From a virus, in IMG/VR virus record IMGVR_UViG_3300027963_004416, positions 81,708 to 145,707 of that record: a stretch of 64,000 nucleotides of DNA; one strand, given 5' to 3'. The position numbers and the translations under genes are program-made. The notes below the pieces were generated by a model that worked only from the letters and a program-made list of their open reading frames with translations, ran no database searches and had not been told where the DNA came from. The stretch's first letter is position 1, and the number at the start of each line of letters is the position of its first letter. Shown here piece after piece: positions 46,443-55,474 of this stretch.

Positions 46443-47804
46443 ATGCCAGTAGATAAAACAACACTTCAAAGCAAGCTTACAGCAGCACTAGGCAATACTA
46501 CTAACACTACTGTGCCTAGTGAAGTACTTGGTCTAATTTTATCTGCAAAGGCTGTTGACACTCAAAGTATATCAGTAGTTTCAACTAGTGCGTCCTTGCC
46601 TGATCTAGGACTCTATAATTCTCCAGATTCAGTCCTTACTTTTATTAATGATACTGGTATTTTTGCTATTAGTTCTAATACAAAATGGATATCATTAGAT
46701 GGACGTCTAATAAGAGATGACTATAACTATGGTAATACATATAGCTGGGGATCAAGCAGTGGTGGGAAACTAGGTGACGGAACAACCGTTGCTAAATCAT
46801 CTCCTGTTTCAGTTGTTGGTGGTTTTTCAGATTGGTGTCAGGTTAGTGCAGGAAGTGATCATAGCTTAGGTGTTAGAACTAACGGTACTGCATGGGCATG
46901 GGGCTGTGGCGACATCGGCCGTTTAGGCGACGGAACAACAGTAAATAAATCATCACCAGTGTCAGTTGTAGGTGGGTTTACAGATTGGTTTCAAGTTAGT
47001 GCTGGCTGCTGTCACAGCCTAGGTGTCAGAACTAACGGTACAGCATGGGCGTGGGGGACGAGCCTTTCCGGTCAACTAGGAGATGGAACAACCGTATCTA
47101 AATCATCACCAGTATCAGTTGTTGGCGGATTTACAGATTGGTGTCAGGTTAGTGCATCACCGCTGAGCCATAGCCTAGGTGTCAGAACTAACGGTACAGC
47201 ATGGGCATGGGGAAGTAGCAGTGAAGGCCGTTTAGGTGACGGTACAACCGTATCTAAATCATCACCAGTGTCAGTTGTAGGTGGGTTTACTGATTGGTGT
47301 CAGGTTAGTGCAGGTCTTAGATTCAGCCTAGGTGTTAGAACCAATGGTACAGCATGGGTGTGGGGATCAGGCAGTAATGGTAAATTAGGCGACGGAACAA
47401 CCGTGGATAAATCATCACCAGTATCGGTCATAGGCGGGTTTACAGATTGGTGTCAGGTTAGTGCTGGTAGCTATCACAGCTTAGGTGTTAGAACTAACGG
47501 TACAGCATGGGCGTGGGGATGTAATGCTGCTGGTCAATTAGGGGATGGTACAGCCGTAAATAAATCATCACCAGTGTCAGTTGTAGGTGGGTTTACAGAT
47601 TGGTGTCAAGTTAGCGCGGGTTTTGAACACAGCCTAGGTGTTAGAACTAATGGTACAGCATGGGCGTGGGGCTGTGGCGCCTTCGGCCGTTTAGGCGACG
47701 GAACAACCGTAAACAAATCATCACCAGTATCAGTACCAGGCGGTTTTACTGATTGGTACCGGGTTAGTACAGGTCAATATCACAGCCTAGGATTAAAATA
47801 TTAA
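46443..47804 (+). CDS. RCC1/BLIP-II-like 7-bladed beta-propeller protein 4
   Basis: Seven RCC1-like repeats at about 153-nt spacing; N-terminal SLPDL...W..LD.R..R.DY motif. Confidence 0.92.
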   Translation: MPVDKTTLQSKLTAALGNTTNTTVPSEVLGLILSAKAVDTQSISVVSTSASLPDLGLYNSPDSVLTFINDTGIFAISSNTKWISLDGRLIRDDYNYGNTYSWGSSSGGKLGDGTTVAKSSPVSVVGGFSDWCQVSAGSDHSLGVRTNGTAWAWGCGDIGRLGDGTTVNKSSPVSVVGGFTDWFQVSAGCCHSLGVRTNGTAWAWGTSLSGQLGDGTTVSKSSPVSVVGGFTDWCQVSASPLSHSLGVRTNGTAWAWGSSSEGRLGDGTTVSKSSPVSVVGGFTDWCQVSAGLRFSLGVRTNGTAWVWGSGSNGKLGDGTTVDKSSPVSVIGGFTDWCQVSAGSYHSLGVRTNGTAWAWGCNAAGQLGDGTAVNKSSPVSVVGGFTDWCQVSAGFEHSLGVRTNGTAWAWGCGAFGRLGDGTTVNKSSPVSVPGGFTDWYRVSTGQYHSLGLKY

Positions 47805-49147
47805 TGATTACCTCTCAAAATCTTATAGACAAAATTTGTTGCGCTATCAACGCAGGCGGTCTAACAGCACTTCAGACATGTCAGACCACCAATGCGCTCA
47901 CTATACTAAGTAATCCAGTTTGCAGCGTGGCAAACTTTGCATCTTTACCTTCTGCCACTTGCTATAATGGTAGAATGATTTTTGTGACTAATGATAATAG
48001 ATATTATCATGCTGTAGACGGTGCCTGGAATTGTAATTTTTCATCAAGATGCGAGGTAAGAGGAGGTATCTGGGGCGCCGGGCAAGACTCACAAGGCATT
48101 CTAGGGGATAATACTACAACACCAACATCATCGCCAGTATCGGCTATTGGCGGGATTACTGATTGGTGTTTAGTAAGTGCAGGCTCAACAACATCTACGG
48201 GTCTTAGATTTAACGGTACAGCATGGGCGTGGGGAACAGGATACAGCGGGCGACTAGGTGACGGCACTACTGTCACTAAATCATCACCAGTACCAGTTGT
48301 TGGAGGTTTGCTGTGGTGCAAGGTTAGTACGACTTTTCATACTATCGCTATTAGAAATAATGGTACATTGTGGGCCTGGGGACAAAACATTTACGGCCGT
48401 TTAGGTGACGGTACAACTGTAAGCAAATCATCCCCCGTATCAGTCGTTGGTGGTTTTACTGATTGGTGTCAAGTTAGTGCAGGTACGAATCATAGCTTAG
48501 GTGTTAGAGCCAATGGTACTGCTTGGGCCTGGGGATATAACAGTTACGGCCGTTTAGGTGACGGTACTACTGTAAACAAATCATCACCAGTATCAGTAGT
48601 AGGAGGTTTCACTAATTGGTGTCAGGTTAGCGGCAGCGCTAGCGGCGGTCACAGCCTAGGTGTCAGAACTAACGGTACAGCATGGGCCTGGGGATGTAAT
48701 TATTTTAGTCAATTAGGTGACGGAACAGCCGTTGCTAAATCATCTCCTGTTTCAGTTATTGGTGGTTTTACAGATTGGTGTCAAGTTAGTGCAGGCCAGG
48801 GCCATAGCTTAGGTATTAGAACCAATGGCACTGCATGGGCTTGGGGGCGTAACAATCAGGGACAATTAGGTGAAGGTGGTTATACTAGCAGGTCGTCACC
48901 AGTATCAGTTGTAGGCGGTTTTACAGATTGGTGTCAGGTCAGTGCCGGGTACTTTCACAGTGCAGGTGTTAGAACCAATGGTACAGCATGGGCGTGGGGA
49001 TTAAATACTTGCGGACGATTAGGAGATGGTACAACAGATAAAAAACCATCACCAGTATCAATAATAGGGGGCTTTACCAGTTGGATTCTCGTTTGCGCTT
49101 CAGGCTGTGATACTATAGGTATTACAGGATCTATTAAAGGTTGCTAA
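47804..49147 (+). CDS. RCC1/BLIP-II-like 7-bladed beta-propeller protein 5
   Basis: Seven RCC1-like repeats; N-terminal VANFASLPSA...GRMIFVT, closest to protein 1. Confidence 0.92.
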   Translation: MITSQNLIDKICCAINAGGLTALQTCQTTNALTILSNPVCSVANFASLPSATCYNGRMIFVTNDNRYYHAVDGAWNCNFSSRCEVRGGIWGAGQDSQGILGDNTTTPTSSPVSAIGGITDWCLVSAGSTTSTGLRFNGTAWAWGTGYSGRLGDGTTVTKSSPVPVVGGLLWCKVSTTFHTIAIRNNGTLWAWGQNIYGRLGDGTTVSKSSPVSVVGGFTDWCQVSAGTNHSLGVRANGTAWAWGYNSYGRLGDGTTVNKSSPVSVVGGFTNWCQVSGSASGGHSLGVRTNGTAWAWGCNYFSQLGDGTAVAKSSPVSVIGGFTDWCQVSAGQGHSLGIRTNGTAWAWGRNNQGQLGEGGYTSRSSPVSVVGGFTDWCQVSAGYFHSAGVRTNGTAWAWGLNTCGRLGDGTTDKKPSPVSIIGGFTSWILVCASGCDTIGITGSIKGC

Positions 49148-50476
49148 ATGGCTCTACAAGACGACGTAAATAATTTTACTAATGCATGCTCTACAGCTTG
49201 TTTATTAACACTAGCTGCATCTGTATACACAAACACAACAAACAGATCAGTAACTGTTGCAAACGTAAATAGCTTGCCTGATTTATCTAGTAATACTATA
49301 ATACCAGGAACAGTATTCTTCGTTAACAGTATAGGTGTACCAGTTATTGCGCAATTAGGGTGTTGGACCGGTCTAGATAACAGAGTATTAAGAAGGGACT
49401 ATGATTATACATATGCTTGGGGACAAAACGCGTTCGGTCAATTGGGCGACGGTACATCAGTAACTAAATCATCACCTGTATCTGTCGTCAATGGTTTTTT
49501 AGACTGGTGTCAGGTTAGTGCTGGAGGTTGTCAAAGCTCAGGTATTAGATCCAACGGTACAGCCTGGGCGTGGGGATTAAATAATTGTGGCCAACTAGGT
49601 GACGGAACAACCGTAGATAAATCATCACCAGTATCAGTCATAGGTGGGTTTACTGATTGGTGCCAGGTTGACTCGGGTTGCGGTCATAGCCTTGGAGTTA
49701 GAACTAATGGTACTGCATGGGCTTGGGGATGTAACTTTTGGGGCTATCTAGGTGACGGAACAAGAGTAGATAAATCATCACCAGTGTCAGTTGTTGGAGG
49801 TTTCACTAATTGGTGCCAGGTCAGTGCTGGGTATTCTCACAGCCTAGGTGTTAGAACCAATGGGACAGCATGGGCGTGGGGTTTAAATTCCTCCGGCCAG
49901 TTAGGTGATGGTACAGCCGTATCTAAATCATCACCAGTATCAGTCATAGGTGGATTTACAGATTGGTGTCAGGTTAGCGCAGGCCGAGCTCGCAGCTTAG
50001 GTGTTAGAACCAACGGCACAGCCTGGGCGTGGGGATATAACAGCGGAGGATTAGGTGACGGTACAACATTAAACAAATCATCTCCAGTATCTGTCATAGG
50101 TGGCTTCACCGACTGGTGCCAGGTCAGTGCAAGCAGAGTTAGTTTGGGACTCCGTATAAATGGCACTGCATGGGCATGGGGGTGTAATAATTCTGGTCAA
50201 CTAGGTGATGGTACAACCGTAAATAAGTGCTCGCCAGTATCAGTCGTTGGTGGTTTTACTGATTGGTGTCAAGTTAGTACAGGTCTGGAGCACTGGGGTT
50301 TAGGTCTCAGGACAAACGGAACAGCTTGGTCTTGGGGGTGTAATAATTCTGGTCAACTAGGTGATGGTACAACCGTAAATAAGTGCTCGCCAGTATCTAT
50401 TATAAGCGGGACTACATCGTGGCGCAGTATTAGTGCTGGCGATTTTCATGGGCTAGGGATACGTACTTTAACGTAA
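49148..50476 (+). CDS. RCC1/BLIP-II-like 7-bladed beta-propeller protein 6
   Basis: Seven RCC1-like repeats; N-terminal SLPDL...W.GLDNR..RRDY, closest to protein 4. Confidence 0.92.
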   Translation: MALQDDVNNFTNACSTACLLTLAASVYTNTTNRSVTVANVNSLPDLSSNTIIPGTVFFVNSIGVPVIAQLGCWTGLDNRVLRRDYDYTYAWGQNAFGQLGDGTSVTKSSPVSVVNGFLDWCQVSAGGCQSSGIRSNGTAWAWGLNNCGQLGDGTTVDKSSPVSVIGGFTDWCQVDSGCGHSLGVRTNGTAWAWGCNFWGYLGDGTRVDKSSPVSVVGGFTNWCQVSAGYSHSLGVRTNGTAWAWGLNSSGQLGDGTAVSKSSPVSVIGGFTDWCQVSAGRARSLGVRTNGTAWAWGYNSGGLGDGTTLNKSSPVSVIGGFTDWCQVSASRVSLGLRINGTAWAWGCNNSGQLGDGTTVNKCSPVSVVGGFTDWCQVSTGLEHWGLGLRTNGTAWSWGCNNSGQLGDGTTVNKCSPVSIISGTTSWRSISAGDFHGLGIRTLT

Positions 50477-50496
50477 TATAACTGTAAAAGATTGTT

Positions 50497-51045
50497 ATGA
50501 AAATTAATATTGGTTCAGGTGGTACTAAAATTGAAGGTTTTGTTACTTGTGATTACGATGCATTAGCAGAGCCAGATTATCTTTTTAATTTAGAAACAGA
50601 TAAGTTTCCTTTTGAGGATAATTCTGTTGAAGTAGTAGTAGCACATCATGTGTTCGAGCATTTAGGTGAAGGGTACTTTCACTGCTTGAAAGAGCTCTAT
50701 AGAATTTGCAAACACGGAGCATTAATTGATATAAGAGTGCCACATCACAGGCACGATTATTTCTACGATGATCCTACTCATAGAAGACCTATTACTGTGG
50801 GTGGGCTTCTGCTATTCAGTAAAAAGCACAATAAACTGTGCAAAGAACAACAAGCAGCTTCTAGCCGTCTAGGGGATTACTTTAATGTTGACTTTGAGAT
50901 AGTTGATTGGGATTACATGCCATCGCAACTTTACCGCAAGGAGTTCGAAGGTGAGCCAAGAGATAAGGTGGAAAAATATCTCAGAGAGCACAATAATATT
51001 ATAGAAGAACTATGGGTAAAGTTAGTGGTGGTGAAGGATGGCTGA
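50497..51045 (+). CDS. SAM-dependent methyltransferase (Methyltransf_11-like)
   Basis: KINIGSG....EGF...D, FPFEDNSV....HVFEHL...ELYRICK.GA.I.I.VPH...DDPTH. Confidence 0.85.
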   Translation: MKINIGSGGTKIEGFVTCDYDALAEPDYLFNLETDKFPFEDNSVEVVVAHHVFEHLGEGYFHCLKELYRICKHGALIDIRVPHHRHDYFYDDPTHRRPITVGGLLLFSKKHNKLCKEQQAASSRLGDYFNVDFEIVDWDYMPSQLYRKEFEGEPRDKVEKYLREHNNIIEELWVKLVVVKDG

Positions 51046-52396
51046 AGAAGTAATTGAGTTTACAATACAAGACTTAAAACCTGTTGTTATGGATCTTCTT
51101 TATCAGGAGAAGAGAAAAATTGTATTTGAAATGCTTGATATGTATTTTAAGCGAGCAGAATCGCTTCAAGACTTTGATACTCTAGGGTACCTTTCATTAA
51201 AGGCAGAATATCGAGATCTTTATCTTAAATGCGCTGAAGCGGCTTATATAAGAGCAGAATCACCAGAGCAGCTTTATATTGCAAGAGCCAATCTGTATAA
51301 GGCATACAATGCTATGAACATGCCAGACAAGGCATTGTTTTATGTTGATTTAAATCTTAAAGCAACACCTGACGACTTTGAAACACAAACCCAGATGGCA
51401 TTTAATGTTGCCCTCAAAGGCGACAAAATTACTTCAGAAAAAATACTTCTAGAGCTTATTAATAAGTATCCGGACCGAGCTGAAGATATGCGCAGTGCTT
51501 TATCTGGAAAACTTCTTCGCGAGGGGAAGACTGCTGAAGGTATTCTTTCTTTTCTAGGTACGTTTAAGCCTACAAGTGGCAAATTTGAAACTAACTTAAA
51601 AATGCGTCGCTGGACTGGATCTGCTTATCCAGGTAAAACAATATACGTAGAAGGAGAAGGTGGCATCGGTGACGAAATAATTAATATTAGATTTTTTAAT
51701 AATATTAAAAAATTAGGAATGAGACCTATACTATTTTCTTCCTGGTCAAAGTATCGTGAAGATACGGTTAATTTTTTTAGAAGAAATGGATTTGAAGTAA
51801 TAACCGAATCATACTCTATTGATAGAAAGCAACTCTGGGCTCCAATGATGAGTCTGCCTGCTTATCTAAATCTTGATGAGAATAGTTTATGGGAAGGTCC
51901 CTACTTAAAACCTTTAAATAAGCCTAAAAATAAGCTTAAGAGTAGTAAATTTAAAATAGGCATTAAATGCAGCGGTAATCCATATTTTAGCCAAGACGAA
52001 TATAGAAAAATACCTATTAAAAAAATGCTTGAGTACTTACCAAGCAATGCTGAAATTTATTATATTGATAAAGAACCAGTTAATTACGATAATGTTATAG
52101 ACCTATCCGGCAAAATTAATTCTTGGGAAGATACCCTAGATTTTATTAGCCAAATGGATTGTATTGTAAGCTCGTGTACTAGTCTAGTACATGCAGCTGG
52201 TGCTATCGGCAAGACTACTTTTGTGGCAGTTCCAATTGCTGAGTATTATATCTGGACTACTTCAAGTAAAACTACTAAATCGCCGTGGTATGGTGATAAT
52301 TTTCAAGTGCATAAGCAAACAAAAGTTGCATGTTGGAATGAACCGCTGTATAATATACAGCAAGAACTTTTTAAATTGATGAGTAAACATGACTGA
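51038..52396 (+). CDS. TPR-like helical domain fused to a GT-B (GT9-like) glycosyltransferase
   Basis: Helical N-terminal half; RW.G....GKTI.V.GEGGIGDEI...RF, PMMSLP, KIGI...GNP, SWEDT...I..MD.IVS.CTSLVHAAGAIGK...W......SPWY. Confidence 0.8.
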   Translation: MAEEVIEFTIQDLKPVVMDLLYQEKRKIVFEMLDMYFKRAESLQDFDTLGYLSLKAEYRDLYLKCAEAAYIRAESPEQLYIARANLYKAYNAMNMPDKALFYVDLNLKATPDDFETQTQMAFNVALKGDKITSEKILLELINKYPDRAEDMRSALSGKLLREGKTAEGILSFLGTFKPTSGKFETNLKMRRWTGSAYPGKTIYVEGEGGIGDEIINIRFFNNIKKLGMRPILFSSWSKYREDTVNFFRRNGFEVITESYSIDRKQLWAPMMSLPAYLNLDENSLWEGPYLKPLNKPKNKLKSSKFKIGIKCSGNPYFSQDEYRKIPIKKMLEYLPSNAEIYYIDKEPVNYDNVIDLSGKINSWEDTLDFISQMDCIVSSCTSLVHAAGAIGKTTFVAVPIAEYYIWTTSSKTTKSPWYGDNFQVHKQTKVACWNEPLYNIQQELFKLMSKHD

Positions 52397-53162
52397 AAAA
52401 ACATATCATTTTATTACCGGCCTTCCTCGCGCAGGGTCAACTCTACTAACATCTATCTTAAAACAGAATCCTAGATTCCATTCATCTATTACTGATTCGT
52501 TAGCTAATTTAGTTAAAGGAGTAATAGAGCACAGCCAGGATTCACCTGGCATGAAGTCAGAGGTGCCTATTAATAGAAGAAAAAATTTAGTAAGACATCT
52601 CTTTGAAGGTTTCTACGAAGAAGTAGATAGCCCGGTCATTTTTAATACAAACAGAGCTTGGACATATTTAACCGCGGTCACTCGTGATTTGTATCCAAAA
52701 TCACGCTATATTGTTTGTGTAAGGGATATTAACTGGGTTCTTGATAGCTTTGAATGTGCACACCGCCGCAACCCTTTTTCTATTAATACGGTTACCGGAG
52801 GACATTCAAACTCGGTGTATCAAAGAGTAGATACACTTATGACAGAAGACGGGGTAGTAGGCTTTCCTTATATTGGTATTAAGCAAGCCATTACCGGTCC
52901 TGAGCAATCGCTATTATTTTTACTTGAGTACGATCAGCTTTGTAAGAATCCTAAAGATACAATGAGAGCTCTTTATGCATTTTTAGGCGAGCAATATTAC
53001 GAGCATGACTTTAATAATGTTGAAGCATCTTGGGATGAGTATGATTCAGAGATCGGTATCAAGCTTCATGATGTGCGGAAGAAAGTAGAGTATAGAGAAA
53101 GAAAGTTTATTCTTCCTCCAGACGTTCTTAACAAGTATGCAGGCATGGAAGTCTGGAGATAA
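52389..53162 (+). CDS. Sulfotransferase family protein
   Basis: FITGLPRAGSTLL..IL.QNP (5'-PSB loop), I.CVRD...VL.S (3'-PB), L.EYD.L..NP...M..LY.FLG. Confidence 0.85.
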   Translation: MTEKTYHFITGLPRAGSTLLTSILKQNPRFHSSITDSLANLVKGVIEHSQDSPGMKSEVPINRRKNLVRHLFEGFYEEVDSPVIFNTNRAWTYLTAVTRDLYPKSRYIVCVRDINWVLDSFECAHRRNPFSINTVTGGHSNSVYQRVDTLMTEDGVVGFPYIGIKQAITGPEQSLLFLLEYDQLCKNPKDTMRALYAFLGEQYYEHDFNNVEASWDEYDSEIGIKLHDVRKKVEYRERKFILPPDVLNKYAGMEVWR

Positions 53163-53950
53163 TGATTAAGCTTGATATAGTACTACGTACTTGTGATATT
53201 GCTAACGTCCATGTTGATTGGAGAAAGAGATACCACGGACTAGAAAAGCAGGAATTAATTAGGGGTTGCATTAAGTCACTAGTACGTTCGATTCAGTATG
53301 CAACTAATTCTGATACTAATCTTATAGTTCTTGATGATCATTCTTCAGAAGAAACAAAATCGCTTATTAGAGACATTATAAGCGTATTGAAAGAAAAGCA
53401 GAAGTTCATTGAGCTAGAAGATAGAGGATATAATAACTCAGCTTTTCAGCAATGGATTCTCTGCAGGGATAGTAGCGCTGATTTAATTTATTCTGTCGAA
53501 GATGATTACTTACACTCTACAACAGCTATACATGAAATGGTAGGCTCTTATAATATCTTTCGTGAAAGACTAAAAAGAGATGACATAGTATTATATCCGT
53601 TTGACGAGCCTTCTGAATATAATCCTCCCGTAAGAACAGACTTTATAGTCCATGGTTCGCATCGACACTGGAGAACAGGTGTATTTACTACCAATGTTCT
53701 AATGACAAGACCTCAGCTTCTTAAGAAGCACTGGGAGCTATTCGAAGTGCTAGCGTTAAAGTATAATGGTGACTATCTTAACCCTAGAACAGAGCATTAC
53801 GAAGAAGCAAATACCATTTGGAAAATTTGGAATTCCGGTCAAGCAATTAGATTTAATCCTATACCCAGCCTGGCACTTCATATGCAATTTGATCAACAAA
53901 AAGACCCGTTTATTGACTGGCAATCCTGGTGGAGTACATACGCTTCATGA
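53162..53950 (+). CDS. GT-A fold (GT2-like) glycosyltransferase
   Basis: LIVLDDHSS, YSVEDDYLH (DXD-like), HWRT, PIPSLALHMQ. Confidence 0.75.
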   Translation: MIKLDIVLRTCDIANVHVDWRKRYHGLEKQELIRGCIKSLVRSIQYATNSDTNLIVLDDHSSEETKSLIRDIISVLKEKQKFIELEDRGYNNSAFQQWILCRDSSADLIYSVEDDYLHSTTAIHEMVGSYNIFRERLKRDDIVLYPFDEPSEYNPPVRTDFIVHGSHRHWRTGVFTTNVLMTRPQLLKKHWELFEVLALKYNGDYLNPRTEHYEEANTIWKIWNSGQAIRFNPIPSLALHMQFDQQKDPFIDWQSWWSTYAS

Positions 53951-54882
53951 ATACAACGTTTTCTATTAATGGAGGCGCCGGAAGAGTTATTGCAGCTGTT
54001 CCAGCGCTGGAAAAATATCATAAATTAAATCCTGATGATGACTTTAGGGTTATTGTACATGGCTGGCAGGATCTGTTCTGGAGTCATCCTATTTTACAAC
54101 AAAGAACTGTAGGTATTCATCAAAAAAATATATTTGCGGATTATATTAAGAATAATAATTTTGTAAGCCCGGAACCATATTATATTCATGATTATTACAA
54201 TCAAAAGATATCCTTGGCTGAAGCATTTGATAGAGAAATAAACAAAACAACAAATCATAAAGATTTAACTAAACCTAATCTTTATATAAGTTCATATGAG
54301 TCACTTTCCATTAAAAGAATTATTAATGAATTTAAACAGATTCATAATAAGAATAAAGTTGTAGTCTTTCAACCTTATGGTAGCGGAATGGCTTTGACCA
54401 ACGGTCAACCCTTCGACAACTCCAACAGGAGTTTAAATGTTGATGATTATTTAAAAATCGGACAGTTTCTTAACGATAAAGACTGCTTAGTTTTTTATTT
54501 CGGCGGTATGGAATTTAAGCATCCAGGAGATTCATTTAGCCCTGATCTTGCAAAATTCAACCCTGATCTAAGAATGCACATGGCTTTAATAAGTGAGTGT
54601 GATTATTTTATAGGTTGTGATAGTGTAGGCCAGCATATGGCAAGAGTATTTAATAAACCAGGAAGTATTTTTATGGGTAGTACATTTGAAAAGAATGTTA
54701 GCTACCCAGACTATTTTAGAATATTTCGTAGATATAATTCTAAGCCGGTTTATAGCCCTATCAGAATAGGCGGAGTGGATACAGATTTTTCAGAAAGACT
54801 TAATGACGGTATAATGAATTTTTCTAACGAAGAAATAGAAAGATATAGTCTAATTATTCTTAACGATATCTATGGCCAATAA
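53947..54882 (+). CDS. GT-B glycosyltransferase, GT9/heptosyltransferase-like
   Basis: INGGAGRVI...PAL, KP.LY, VVFQPYG, ALISECDYFIGCDSVGQHMA..FNKP....GST; ATG 53947 overlaps the upstream TGA. Confidence 0.75.
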   Translation: MNTTFSINGGAGRVIAAVPALEKYHKLNPDDDFRVIVHGWQDLFWSHPILQQRTVGIHQKNIFADYIKNNNFVSPEPYYIHDYYNQKISLAEAFDREINKTTNHKDLTKPNLYISSYESLSIKRIINEFKQIHNKNKVVVFQPYGSGMALTNGQPFDNSNRSLNVDDYLKIGQFLNDKDCLVFYFGGMEFKHPGDSFSPDLAKFNPDLRMHMALISECDYFIGCDSVGQHMARVFNKPGSIFMGSTFEKNVSYPDYFRIFRRYNSKPVYSPIRIGGVDTDFSERLNDGIMNFSNEEIERYSLIILNDIYGQ

Positions 54883-55474
54883 AAAGAAACCTAAATTTGA
54901 TATTAACAGAACAGCTGTAAAAGTAATTCATGCTGACGGCTTTTTCCCTAAAGGAGAGGCTGAAGCCCTCTGCTCGGTAGTTCAAGATGTTAACTATGTA
55001 GAGAGAGAGTATGGCTTGGAAATGCCCGACTTCAATCTAGTGCTACCAGATATTCATTTAGTATTTTCAAAAATACTAGGCGAAGAAGTTGTAGTCGATC
55101 ATAAAAGATCGGGTATAGTAAGAAAACCTTTTAACAATATGATTCACTTCGAAAGCTTCGATTCACCTCACGAGTGGTGTTTTATTTTAGCTTTAGAGCG
55201 TAATACCTTAAATATCTATAAACATGTCAGTGATATTCGATATACTGAAGAATATGATAAGACAGATTCAAGAAACGTACTAGAAGGGTTTCAGTTTAAT
55301 TACAAGAACCTTTTTGAATGGGATGTTACTCATAATATGATATTAGAATGTAATCATGGTGTGTTTATTAGACCATGGGTATTCCATTCATTGGATTGTG
55401 GCACTGTTCAATATTATAGAATTTTACCAAAATGGTTAGCGAAAGAATATGAAGAGCGAGAAAAAAATACTTGA
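54872..55474 (+). CDS. Putative Fe(II)/2OG oxygenase-fold protein
   Basis: VIHADGFF start, IHFES and distal N..VF.RPW.FHS pattern of a double-stranded beta-helix oxygenase. Confidence 0.5.
   Translation: MANKKKPKFDINRTAVKVIHADGFFPKGEAEALCSVVQDVNYVEREYGLEMPDFNLVLPDIHLVFSKILGEEVVVDHKRSGIVRKPFNNMIHFESFDSPHEWCFILALERNTLNIYKHVSDIRYTEEYDKTDSRNVLEGFQFNYKNLFEWDVTHNMILECNHGVFIRPWVFHSLDCGTVQYYRILPKWLAKEYEEREKNT

Larger units (their letters stand above)
41970..50460 (+). repeat. 42 coding copies of a ~153-nt RCC1 blade unit across six genes
   Basis: Recurrent aaatcatcaccagtatcagt, acagattggtgtcaggttagtgc, ttagaaccaatggtacagcatgggc and taggtgacggtacaac strings. Confidence 0.93.

Noticed and set aside
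41970-50460. CRISPR-like array suggested by regularly spaced near-identical repeats
   Set aside because: Units are ~153-nt in-frame coding repeats with third-position variation inside long ORFs; there are no unique spacers and no cas genes
41705-50476. Diversity-generating retroelement acting on RCC1 loops
   Set aside because: No reverse transcriptase or non-coding template repeat in the window; differences include indels and are not visibly adenine-restricted. An element elsewhere in the genome cannot be excluded
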